A DNA stretch of 55,659 bases, from contig CAXHJY010000036.1 of NCBI GenBank assembly GCA_964016885.1, forward strand, positions 1 through 55,659. The letters are read 5' to 3'. A program made the translations under genes and the position numbers. This stretch comes from Eledone cirrhosa. Lineage: Eukaryota. Shown here piece after piece: positions 13,570-25,237 of this stretch (position 1 is the first letter of the stretch; every line of letters starts with the position of its first letter). Under the pieces are notes generated by a model. It worked only from the letters and a program-made list of their open reading frames with translations. It made no database searches and was not told the DNA's origin.

Positions 13570-13626
13570 CTGATGAGGGATGTCTTTAAATGTCCTAGAA
13601 ACGTCGCCGTATGTCAATACGGTGAC
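13570..13626 (+). ncRNA. Weak hammerhead-like core
   Basis: CUGAUGA-GGGAU..GUCCU-A-GAAAC-GUC; no clear stem I. Confidence 0.3.
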
Positions 13627-14818
13627 CCTACGACTCAGCCAGTAGTTACGGGACTATCCAGCCATCACATATATTTCAATATGTTTTGCTGCTTTAATCT
13701 TCTGTTGTAGATACTATAATGAGACTACATTTAAATGTAACGCTATTTTCGAGATACTTATGATCAAGCTCTTTATCATTGAGCCACTATTATTCTGCTA
13801 ATCTAAAAAATCTAGCTTTGTTCAGTATTTTGTTTTGATACTAGAAAGTAGGGTGATTGTTATTTCACATGAATAAACCATTTTAAAATATTGAACAAGC
13901 AATTAGGGTAGAGAGACAAAAGAATACGCTACTACGCTACAATTTGCCAACTAAAATTATAAATCTAGACATACTTTATAAAGGGATATCTTTCTACTGT
14001 TATTTACTTTGATATGTCCAAACTAAATTACAAGTAATTTGATGTTTTGTTATTGAAGCAATATATCCACTAAGTAATGAAGAAAAACGAACGGTAGTCT
14101 AATAAAATAATGGCATTAAAATTTTGGCTGAATGACAACAATGAAAAAGACATACAAAAGCAATCGAGAGAATGCTGATACGAATGAGATTCCCGATTAC
14201 AATATCTAGAAAGAAAAGCACTATTAAAAGCGATGCGGTGTTTGTTAGTAATTTTCAACATCTTCAATTAATAAGCAGCTTCATGAAACGTGATTTTAAA
14301 AACACGATTTCATAAAATATCGCTATTTTTATTCATATAGTTAATATCTCTAAATATGTGAGAAAATCTTGAGAATAATTGAGCCATGTTTAAATATTTC
14401 TTACGCGATGCAGTCTCCTCTTCCGCATATGTTTTTAAATACTATTTAAATGTGTATAACAATCCACATACTTGTTAACTTTACGATGAATTTCAATCTG
14501 CTTGCTGAAATATATAAACTAACATAACTTCAGTTATTTTGTTTATACAAAAGCTTGAATTAATGTTTTCTTTTCCGACCCTTTTCCCCTCTGATAACAG
14601 CCAATATCTCTCACGGATGAATATGACTGATAAGAAGTATATATAAAATATTTCGTTAAATCTGTTAAGCTTGTCATATTACTACTATGAATATATTGCT
14701 ATAATAAAACTGGCGTATATCCAAATGCTTACTGCTGATTTAACTTTGTCTGTCTATCTAAGGTCTGTTACATCCGTGCGCGCGCGCGCACACACACACA
14801 AACACACACAAACACACA

Positions 14819-14902
<84 letters not shown>

Positions 14903-14959
14903 AATATACATATATATATATATATGTATATATATATATGCAAAAAGCAAACAGAAATA

Positions 14960-15120
14960 ACAAAGCAAATGATACAATACAATGAAGAAATATGTTAGTT
15001 TTACGCTTGGTGTAGTAGGAAAAGTGCATTAACGTTTAGGGCGCTAGTCCTTCATCAGAAAATAAAATGAGAAATTAAAGAAGAAATAGAAAGATAGAAT
15101 TGAGTGAGCAGTGTCAGAAA
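14960..15120 (-). mobile_element. PLE 3'-end fragment with a degenerate hammerhead (15029-15062)
   Basis: Reverse complement CTGATGAAGGACTAGCGCCCTAAACG; homologous to 21945-22030. Confidence 0.55.
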
Positions 15121-15175
15121 CGTAAAAAGATTTATTTGAGAAAAAGCAGATCTATTCAGGTCGCCATTTCTTGAA

Positions 15176-15474
15176 CTGTAAGGAACTATACAGATCACTA
15201 CCACCAGTCTCAAAAAAGGTTGCCTACAGACGAATGAAACTGGCTGGCCACTACTGCATCTGTCATCCAGAAGAGATAGCATCACAACTTGTGTTCTGGA
15301 AACCGGCGGTCGGACGAAGAAACGTGGGAAGACAAGCTGTCTCATTCATTGATACCCTGCTGAGAGAAGCTAACATTGATAACATCGATGAACTGAGAAA
15401 GGTCATGCTAGGCGGGGACGATTGGAGAAAGTGTGCTCAATCTTTGCGAGTGTAAACTCGGCCGAAGAAGAAGA
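15176..15474 (+). mobile_element. RTE LINE 3' fragment
   Basis: ELYRSLPPVS..RRMKLAGH..LVFWKP..GRR..GRQ..FIDTL..DDWRK; (GAA)n tail. Confidence 0.75.
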
Positions 15475-16672
15475 TTTCTTGAAAAACTATTGAATTTACC
15501 GATTGTATATATATAAGAAATTCAGGTGGTCGTGTTTTAAAAGGTTCAAGCAAGAGCGAAGGTTCGCAGCAGACAATAAAACAATAAAGGCGCCTAATGT
15601 TAAGACATGAGAGCTCTTGGGGGGGGTTAAGGAGGAATTTAGAATTAGATCAAAAAATAAAGTATTCTGGCAGGCACAGGCCATCACCCGAGTTCACAAT
15701 AAGAAACACCATCCCACCTAACACACGCCTCCTATCAGAAACTCTTCAACTTCTGCGAGATTTGATACAAGAACGGAACGTAAAGAACGCAACCATATAC
15801 CATACGATGCTCTATCGGTCCTGCCAATCCGCGGCTCTACAAAATATTTGCATAAATTTGTACTACGTGCAAAAATGTTTACTGTCGTTTATGAAAAACA
15901 GTTGAAATTATTTCCTGGAGTTAAATGAAAATCAAACTTGATATGTTCTAAATTTCAGATAGGAAATTGATATATAACTTGAATATCGATTTCTATCGTG
16001 GTTATAATACACGAAAAATAGATAGTCATTAGGCAGTAAGTTTCGAATTTAATTGAATAGTTGACATTTCTGATATAATAGGCTATTAATGAAATTTAGA
16101 TACATTGTTTGTCTTGTGGATATGCAATTGATAACAGAAAGTTCGCTAGGCTAGAATATTAATATATTTTTGTCTCGTCTTGTATTAAGATATGATATGT
16201 TTTTATATGTTTTCCTTGGCTTCGCTTTAACTATCCAGAAGGTTAGATATGATGAAATATACTAAGAGAGAAGAAAGAGAAAAAAAGCGCATATTCGTAT
16301 ACTGAACGAAAGCTAATGGAAGCAATAACTGTGAACTAGATGCAATGAGATTAAGATGAATTCATATATACTCAGTGGCTGAAACAAACATAGTAGATAA
16401 AAATGTTTGGATACCACTAACAACTTTGTCTTTGTACACGTGTGCTAGGTCAGCAACGAAGAGTCCTTGCTTCTGTGTCCTAGTAATTACTAATGGGTAA
16501 GAGACAGGAGGCTTGGATGTTATGCAAGCTCATCAGGAATTGAAATAGAATCACAGATCACAAGCTTACAATAACTAACAGATGAGCCAACAAGGAAGCC
16601 TGTGTGTGGTTCATTTAGCCTACTAGAAATAGTAGCAAATATTCCTCAAGCCACACATTGCTGTATTTAAGA

Positions 16673-16704
<32 letters not shown>

Positions 16705-16718
16705 TTTTTTTTTTTTTA

Positions 16719-16919
16719 TTTTATTTTATAGAAGGAGCTTCTACAGGACTAGTACTGTTTCATTCAGATGAAATCTTCAGGAAGCTCCTGAAGATTTCAT
16801 CTGAATGAAACAGTACTAGTCCTGTAGAAGCTCCTTCTATAAAATAAAAAAAATTTTACTCTGCCATGTATTGAGTACCTTACTTACTGTGGTTATCTCC
16901 GACTCAACCCGGGACCTAC

Positions 16920-16921
<2 letters not shown>
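16719..16921 (+). mobile_element. Fold-back mini-element, family C, in (TA)n
   Basis: Palindrome 16719-16849 with a 3-nt spacer, plus a tail containing GTATTGAGTAC. Confidence 0.8.
16780..16834 (+). ncRNA. Type I hammerhead ribozyme motif (family C)
   Basis: GGAAGCUC-CUGAAGA-UUUCAUCUGAAU-GAAACAG-UACUAGUC-CUGUA-GAAGCUCC. Confidence 0.6.
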
Positions 16922-16983
<62 letters not shown>

Positions 16984-17546
16984 AATGATATTGTCCAAGT
17001 TGTAATAAGGATAGATTTCCAATTATTGATCAGAGCTGAGAATTTAGAAAAAAATCTACACCCTATTTTAGATTAAAATTCAGAACAAACTTGGGTTGTT
17101 GTTGTTGGTGTCTAGCTTTATGGTGGCCCTGATTGGGCAAAACTATGATCAGAGATATTCTGGCCATGACCATCATCCAGATGTTCCTTGTATGCAGGGA
17201 ACCGAGAATCACATTATCCTACATGCTATTTTCTAAGGAGGAAGGGGTGGTTTCCAGTAGTTCGTATTCCCTCATTAACTCAACAACATTTGGTTGTTGT
17301 GGAAAGCAGAAAGCCGAAGATCACATTTGATGGGTTTTTTTTAAAATCCTAACTAGAGAGAATGTAAAATGACAACATACCTACACATACGTACAACCAT
17401 ACACGCACACAAAAGACCATATATGCACCTTCGTTTATGAACATACGCACGCGTATATTTATATACATATTCGTTCGTACTCGTAACCAGACATTTAAAC
17501 ATACATAAGCTACGTGTCTTAACCAGTATTAATTCTAATTGAGATA

Positions 17547-17639
17547 GTCAGTATGCTTGAGGATAAACCAATGAGAGGTACGCATAGATCGTAACGATCT
17601 ATGCGTACCTCTCATTGGTTTATCCTCAAGCATACTGAC
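17547..17639. repeat. Perfect inverted repeat with 46-bp arms and a 1-nt spacer
   Basis: GTCAGTATG...GATCGT-A-ACGATC...CATACTGAC. Confidence 0.9.
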
Positions 17640-18051
17640 CATCGTGGGGAGTGGCAAAATGTACAGAACCATTTCCCAAATTGGTTGTTGTAACTGGTAA
17701 AGCACTTCATTTGTAATTTGCGTAATTTTTCTGAGCTTCTATCATTTCCAATTTGTTACACTATCGTCTTCCAGCGGTCGATAATACGAATCAAATAAAA
17801 GGATTCGTTTACTCTTGACGTTTACCTCGAATTTGCTGGCCTTGTGCTTAAATTAGAAAACGATATTTCGTTAGGCGTTAGAGCTTTTGCGTTCAGATTT
17901 CATATCCCGCTGACATTGACTTTAAATTCATCGTTTAGTGACGATAATAAGAGATACTTCAGTTCAGAACTGGAGTCGCTTTCTTCAGCTACACACAAAT
18001 CCCAAATCTATGACCTTCTGTTAGAAATCATTATAAACTTATGAGATTAAT

Positions 18052-18238
18052 CAATAATTGTTTCTACTTTAGGCACAAGGCCAGCAATTACCCAGTACAT
18101 TACTGGTACTTTATTTTATCGGCCCCGTAAGGATGAAAGGCAAAGTTAACCTCGGCGGGATTTGAACTCGGATCTTAAAGGGACGTAACTATGCGGGAAA
18201 GCATGGCGTCCGACCCTCTACCGATACTGCCAATCCAC
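18052..18238 (-). mobile_element. SINE family S1
   Basis: Homologous to 11765-11963. Confidence 0.85.
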
Positions 18239-18684
18239 AATGACATTTATATCTATATCTGTATGTATACCTGTATATATACATACACTAATATATAAAT
18301 TTTATATATTTGTGTACGTGTGTGTGTGGATGTGTGTGTATGAATTTATACAAACAAAGACTCTCAAAGCATCCGGTGTAAGTTTTCTCCCCGAGAACAT
18401 ACGAGATGTAAGACATAAGTTTTATTTGAAACCACTTGAGGCACAATCTAGCGGGAGTTGATTTGTCTGAAATACATAATCGAATTGGAAGAAAAAAGAA
18501 GTAAAGATTATGACATCAGTTGTGTAGAGAGTCTGGTGGGGGAGGAAGGGGGGGGGGGAACTATAGGTTGTCTCTATTTATTAATCTACTTGATGTACAG
18601 CGAACAGGGAAATAATTAACCTCTCCGAAAATCATTTTGGCGGAAATTTCAGTCTTTATCGCCCAGTTCTTTTGCTTCCCTTCA

Positions 18685-18778
18685 GTTTCTCTCTCTCTTT
18701 CTCTCTCTCCCTCTCTCTTATATATATATAGATATATATATAAATATATAGAGAGAGAGAGATAGATAGATATGTATG

Positions 18779-18836
<58 letters not shown>

Positions 18837-18925
18837 TAGATAGATAGATATATACATAAATATATATAGAGAGATATATAGATATATATATAGATAGATA
18901 TATAGATAGATATATAGATAGATAG

Positions 18926-18992
<67 letters not shown>

Positions 18993-19018
18993 TAGAAAGA
19001 TAGATATGTATGTATATA

Positions 19019-19054
<36 letters not shown>

Positions 19055-19116
19055 TAGATAATAGATATATAGATAGATAGATATGTATATATATACATAT
19101 ATATATACATATATAC

Positions 19117-19203
<87 letters not shown>

Positions 19204-19240
19204 TCTTGCCCTCTCTCAGACTATTCCTCTCTCTCTCTGT
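18685..19240. repeat. Compound (GA)/(TA)/(GATA) microsatellite
   Basis: Direct reading. Confidence 0.85.
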
Positions 19241-19768
19241 TTCTTTCTCGCGTTTTTCATTCATTCTTTTTGTCTGTCTGTCTGTCTTTGTTACTACCTA
19301 ACATTCTTTTTTCTTAATTTATTAGTCTTTCTTGATTTATTTTCTTACTCTACTTTCTTCTTCTTTGTCTGCCCCCACCCATCGTCCCTGCCTTCTATTG
19401 TTTACCCTGTCACTTAAGATGGAGAAATGATTAGATAAGAAGTAAGAAGATTCTCTATAGCCGTCATACTTGACGATCCAATACTTCAATATTTCGAGGT
19501 TGATAAAAAAAAAAACGTACCAGTCGAATACTGAGGTCGATTTCTATCCTCTATTTCTCTTTATGGTTTTCTCAATGTGTTTCTCGTTCTCTCTCTGTAC
19601 TTCAGAATTCATACAATCAATCAGATTTGTGTGCCTGAACTTTGATTCCTAAAATAATTTACGGGTTATTCCTTTGATGCATTGAATCGACTTATCTTAC
19701 AAATCATAGAGATACATTGAGCTTGAAACTGTGTTAGCATAATTTTCTTTATTTGAACTTTTACCCTT

Positions 19769-19829
<61 letters not shown>

Positions 19830-19831
<2 letters not shown>

Positions 19832-20138
19832 AGGAATTTAGAATGAGGAATGTTCTAATAACTGACCAATGAGAGGAGAAGGGGACCTTTGACACTGAAA
19901 TTCGTTTGTTTGAATTCATATGACTCCAGTTCCTCAGTGAATTAACAACCCAACAAGGAACTGGGCATATCAGAGTATTGACAATAGTATACACCTAAAC
20001 AACATATGTACTTGTCTATACCATACTAATTCAAACTGCCTGAAGACGTCACAGCCAAAGATGGCTGTCACTGAAATATATATAGCAGTAATAAACGAAG
20101 CTAAATTTTAATCATTTGACTTTTATTTAACTTTATTA
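19830..20138 (+). mobile_element. PLE 3'-end element, family D, between TA tracts
   Basis: Homologous (inverted) to 47040-47250; contains a hammerhead followed by AATAAA. Confidence 0.7.
20035..20089 (+). ncRNA. Type I hammerhead ribozyme motif (family D)
   Basis: ACUGC-CUGAAGA-..ACAGCC AAAGAU GGCUGU..-GAAA-UAUAUA-UA-GCAGU; perfect stem I. Confidence 0.75.
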
Positions 20139-20372
20139 TATATATATATATATATATATCTTTTCCTGAGTCCTGTATTTTCATTGCTCTAGTGATGCGG
20201 CTGGACTGCCGATCGCTATATTTGATTTGCTAAGCTGTCTAAACGTATTGTTATTACTCTGGGGTACTTTTCCCCATCCGAGTGCTAAAGCTACAGACCG
20301 AATTTGCATTCGTTAGCTTGGCCGCGAACTAAAGCTTCGTTAATGCTGTACTAAAATTCATATATATATATA

Positions 20373-20613
20373 TATAAATAAATGGAAACTATATTTATAA
20401 AACCATAATTATTTTATTATATATATTTCAAGGGCAACCAAGGCATATTTTGGTGCGCTTTCATCAGATAAAATACAAAATTTGTTTTATAAATGTTGAC
20501 ATAGTTTCCATTTATTAATATATTGAATATTTACTCCAGTAATCTGTTGAGTGCTTTATATCAGTTATAAAACTTTTAAGCTTGTTGAATCCCAACAAAT
20601 TAAATATAACTTT

Positions 20614-20616
<3 letters not shown>
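20373..20616 (+). mobile_element. Divergent family A element (hammerhead at 20410-20475, minus strand)
   Basis: Shares termini and tail with 6405-6848; stem I UAUUUUAU/AUAAAAUA is fully paired. Confidence 0.75.
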
Positions 20617-20666
<50 letters not shown>

Positions 20667-20926
20667 TCAGCGAGAATCGTATTTCGGCGGGTAGAAAAAG
20701 CGAAACGAAACGCAAAATCGTAGTTATGCTGGCAAGTGCTCCAAGAGTTAAAAAACTAGAGTTAAACAATATGTTAAAACGCCATACAAACTGAAAAAGT
20801 GGTCAAGAAGGCATTAACCACCTAAATCAAGCTAAATAGGTCAAACAAAATAAATGATAAAAACAGACCTGGACCCAATGGAATTGATGGTAAAATCCAA
20901 ATGCAGGGTTTCTAAGACACCTAAAT

Positions 20927-21028
20927 CAATAATTGTTTTTACTTTTGGCACAAGGCCAGAAATTACCCAGTACATTTCTGGTACTTTATTTTATCGACCC
21001 CATAAGGATGAAAGGCAAAGTTAACCTC
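20927..21028 (-). mobile_element. SINE S1 3' fragment
   Basis: Homology to other copies. Confidence 0.75.
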
Positions 21029-21147
21029 TTCAATAATACTGTCTGCTTAAAACTATAAGCTTTTAGCATAATGATCGAGCAAGGAATATCACGTTATCAA
21101 CAGGTATTTTGCTCTGCACCAACTTTGTGAATGACGTAGAACTTTGA

Positions 21148-21219
<72 letters not shown>

Positions 21220-21220
<1 letters not shown>

Positions 21221-21320
21221 ATGAACGGGGGAAAGTTTTCCTTCATCAGTTGTCTCCTGGTGGTCCTGGATATTTCTATGCAGCAGACAACTGAAGAAGG
21301 AAATCTTTCTCCCGTTCATG
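21220..21320. repeat. Imperfect inverted repeat with ~36-bp arms, each containing CTGA(T/A)GA
   Basis: CATGAACGGG..TTCATCAGTTGTCT / AGACAACTGAAGAAGG..CCCGTTCATG. Confidence 0.7.
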
Positions 21321-21379
21321 TCCTGCTTTCTTCTTATTTTTAAGTATACCTTATCCCGCAACTACACAGCCCCTCTCTT

Positions 21380-21430
<51 letters not shown>

Positions 21431-21432
<2 letters not shown>

Positions 21433-21710
21433 AAAAGGTTCAGGACCCTGACGGCTGAGCGCCGGCCGTTTCGGTAGCTAGATCCGAACTGAATTCGGAT
21501 CTAGTTGTCGAAAAAGTCAGGATCCCGACGGCTGGGCTCCAGTCGGTCCGACAGCTCGATCCAAACAGTTCGGATATAGCTGTCGAAACGGCCGGAGCTC
21601 AGCCGTCGGGATCCTGACTCTTTTTTCTCCTATTACCCATCCACTACCCTAAGTATCGAGTACTCTGGTGCGTTAGGGTCCAACTGGTATCTTACCACAC
21701 CTTCTTTGTT
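21431..21710 (+). mobile_element. Divergent, internally duplicated family B fold-back element
   Basis: GAAACGGCCGGAGCTCAGCCGTCGGGATCC; tail homologous to 7111-7188. Confidence 0.7.
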
Positions 21711-21944
21711 ATATATATATCCGATATCCGTATGTGGTTGGGGGATGAGAGAAAAAGTACTCAATACCGAAGTAGTTTCAATATTCAAGCTATATAGTGA
21801 GTTTGTCTGGTGACCCTGTGATAAATTGGTGAAACTTCAGAGTAACAAGACTCACTCAGTTTTCCAAGAGATGGCAACATGAATAGACCTGTTATTTTTC
21901 TCGATTCCGCCCGCCCGTCCCTTCAATCATTCTAATTTCACATC

Positions 21945-21982
21945 TTTCTTCTGATGAAGGACTAGCGTCCGAAATATTAAGA
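21945..21982 (+). ncRNA. Minimal hammerhead motif within TA-flanked element 21721-22068
   Basis: UCUU-CUGAUGA-A-GGAC UAGC GUCC-GAAAUAUU-AAGA. Confidence 0.55.
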
Positions 21983-22066
21983 CCCTCTTCCTGCTATTTC
22001 AAGCGTTAAACTAATATATTCCTTCCATATATTGTACTGATTCTGTTGTTATTTCTGTTTACCTTT

Positions 22067-22140
<74 letters not shown>

Positions 22141-22144
<4 letters not shown>

Positions 22145-22978
22145 GTTGAGAAGGTAACACACCAGAGAGAGATATATAGTGCGTTATCAATAATACAGGG
22201 AAAAAAACCACCAGTGTATGGAATCTATAACCTATGAAAGGCAGACTATAGACACGATAATTAAAAATATAAATTAAAGCGTAAATAAATACCTTTATAA
22301 CTATATAACACACGTAGAAATCCAAAGATATGTTTCACCAAAAAATTTGTTGAAAGAAATGGTCTAGTCTCGGTTCATCAGCGTGTGTAAGGCCATACAT
22401 TTCAGACAACACTAAGAGAATTTTACAATTGACTGTCCAGCTACACGTGGGAGAGAGAGAAGTCACAGCGTATTTTAGGGGCAGTGAACCAGTGGCCTCT
22501 GGGAGACGAACTGCTAGAAAGGGCAGCCCAAAGCCACTCAGAGAAGTGTGCTCAACCAAACAGAGATAAGAAAGACTGTTATTAGGAGCGAAATATCACG
22601 ATAAATTAACGAAGGCATAGGCCGTCGTTATTCCCTGTAAATAATGTGCTCAAAGGAGAAGAGATCCTGAGCCCTTTAAAATATAATATGTTGAGAAGGT
22701 AACACACCAGAGGGAGATATATAGTGCGTTATCAATAATACAGGGAAAAAAACCACCAGTGTATGGAATCTATAACCTATGAAAGGCAGACTATAGACAC
22801 GATAATTAAAAATATAAATTAAAGCGTAAATAAATACCTTTATAACTATATAACACACGTAGAAATCCAAAGATATGTTTCACCCAAAAATATTATATTT
22901 TAAAGGGCTCAGGATCTCTTCTCCTTTGAGCACATTATTTACAGGGAATAACGACGGCCTATGCCTTCGTTAATTTAT

Positions 22979-22985
<7 letters not shown>
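22141..22985 (-). mobile_element. PLE pseudo-LTR tandem plus inverted tail, family E
   Basis: Direct repeat 22141-22343/22687-22890; inverted repeat 22594-22688/22891-22985; homolog at 34727. Confidence 0.8.
22308..22388 (-). ncRNA. Type I hammerhead ribozyme motif (family E)
   Basis: ACACACG-CUGAUGA-ACCGAGA..UUUUGGU-GAAA..CUA-CGUGUGU; 7-bp stem I. Confidence 0.65.
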
Positions 22986-23014
<29 letters not shown>

Positions 23015-23018
<4 letters not shown>

Positions 23019-23356
23019 AACAACCCAATATAATTATTCCATTACCCAAGGTTTCACGAAGTTAGATGATTCTAACAGAAACGTCTAGTTTCTATATATT
23101 TCCTTTTATGAACGAACTAGACGTTTCTGTAAGAATCGTCTAACTTCGTGAAACCTTGGGTAATGGAATAATTATATTGTGTTGTTTATTATATAAATAG
23201 ATAGCTGTATACTATACATAGAGTACTCTTTTCCCCTTTACCTTTTCTACGGAAATACATAACACACATACACACACACAACGCCGTACGTTAAAACTAT
23301 CCATAGTACAGAGTACTCACAACCTCTAACTGGATTACCTAAAACGATAACTTGTT
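23015..23356 (+). mobile_element. Fold-back mini-element with a hammerhead 3' half
   Basis: Imperfect palindrome 23015-23190 plus tail; GAAACC-TTG-GGTA at 23150-23162. Confidence 0.6.
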
Positions 23357-23399
23357 ATATATATATAAATATATAATCAGGTATCATCCTTTCTCAACA

Positions 23400-23990
23400 G
23401 ATTGAACACCGTGGACTTACTCTTTCTTATATTGTCTTTAAGTATTTCCAACACTGTCCATCCACGTAATATTTATTTCTCATTTTTCAGTTTTTATCCG
23501 TCTGTTTATAGTTACTGTGATCGACTGTTATTACAAATATTTTCTACATCTGTAACCTTTACATTTTCAAATATTCAATCAAGTTTTCTCAGTTTTTGCT
23601 AAACTTATACTGGCAAGACTATCTTCTATAAGATTTTAATCTATTTGATAATATACTTCTATTAAGGAAGGCTTCTGTTTCAATTTTGTAGACTTTGCCC
23701 AACACATATAATCTTTCTCTTGTTTTCGATGTTAATATTTCTCAGTGTTAGCATGTTTAACATCTTGATATTATCGTCTTTTTCCTTTTTTCAATTTACT
23801 ATCTGTCAATTTCAATCCAATATTTTACTTTGGCTTCACACTCCACATGTTGTGATTGCGAATCCTCCAGATATATTATCTTTGTTATTTGTTCAATTGT
23901 ATTTTCTGTCAATTTTAATATTTATTTTTGCTGACTTCATTCTATTTGCCTTTGATTTTGTTTTCTTTAGATTCTTTTCCATTCCTATAC
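23400..23990 (-). pseudogene. Highly decayed RTE reverse-transcriptase fragment
   Basis: Manual translation GMEKNLKKTK ... TIEQITKIIYL..ECEAKVKYWIE resembles the RT motif GxxINxxKTK..IEQVxxxxYLG. Confidence 0.5.
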
Positions 23991-24067
23991 TAGATCGCTT
24001 TGTCATGTAGCAATGGTCAGGAACCTACATCTCGAGTGGCTCTTAGACTCTCTGAAACATTTTCTCT

Positions 24068-24342
24068 GATAGAGGGTCGGACGCCATGCCTTGCAGCAAA
24101 GAGTTACGTCCCTTTATTGTCTGAGTTCAAATCCCGCCGAGGTTAACTTTGCCTTTCATCCTTACGGAGTCGATAAAATAAAGTACCAGTAATACACTGG
24201 GATAATTGCTGGCCTTGCTCCAAATATAGAAATAATTATTATTATTAACTTTGCCTTTCATCCTTACGGAGTCGATAAAATAAAGTACCAGTAATGCACT
24301 GGGATAATTGCTGGCCTTGTGCCAAAAGTAGAAACAATTATT
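24068..24342 (+). mobile_element. SINE S1 plus a duplicated 3' half
   Basis: GAGTTCAAATCC B box; central domain present twice. Confidence 0.8.
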
Positions 24343-25215
24343 ACTCCACCTTGGCGTTCTATAGAGAGTTAGTGGGGGCGGGGGAGCGACGATATCCTTG
24401 GGGAGACTCGAGGCGTCAACGAAAACCAACTAGCCAATCTCTTCGGGAGGACTTTCGGGCCGGGGCCCATGGACAACTTCCAGTAATTCCTAGCCTGGCA
24501 GTGTTACCGAGGAGCCTTGCCAGTTCGGGATAAACTCTACAGGCATGGAAGTGTCGTCAGCCGGGCCTGTCCGACGAGATGTTCGCAGGGCTATGAAACC
24601 GCCCTGCACGCACTCGTCCAGTGTTCGAGCATTGCTGACTTGAGGGTTTATGCCGAACACCTGCTGTCACGTGGAGAACGGATCCGGTTATCAGCTGAAT
24701 CCATCGTGAGAATTGCCCCGCCGCCTTCCTTTAGCCGAGAAGGACAAGCAGTTTTTATCTGCCTGGTGGCCGTAGGTAAAAGAGATCGTATGGTGGACAC
24801 GTCTGAAAGGGTTGCAGACGGGTACTTTCCTCTTCGATGATGCCCTCATTAACTTTTTCAGGTTTCACCTAGAAAAGGAAAATCAGGGTGGAGAGGGAAG
24901 TGCTGACTTCCAGCCAATTTGTTGAAAGGTGGGTGAGAGAAGCAAGAATGGCCCGTGTGAATGGGTCTATCCTGATTGTGTGTCTGTAGCATTGTAGGAG
25001 GAAAATTGGAAGAGGGCAGTCAAGGTAACCGTGGCTTTTCTTGTCCACGTGCGACCCTCGGAGGTCTCCCCCCCCCTATTGGGGAATTTTTTCATTGTTT
25101 CCTTTTTTGTCACATACCCTGTTTTTGTTTTTACACGCAGAAATGCCCATTTGTATTGTCCTGTGTTGCCCTTAATGTTATACTTTGTGTCAACCCTTGT
25201 GGTTAATAAAGAAAG
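24343..25215 (+). mobile_element. Tx1/L1-clade LINE 3' fragment
   Basis: LAWQCYRGALPVRDKL..CPTRC...ETALHALVQC (zf-RVT CCHC knuckle), frameshifts, T-rich 3' UTR ending in AATAAA. Confidence 0.8.
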
Positions 25216-25237
25216 CATTATTATTATTATTATTATT

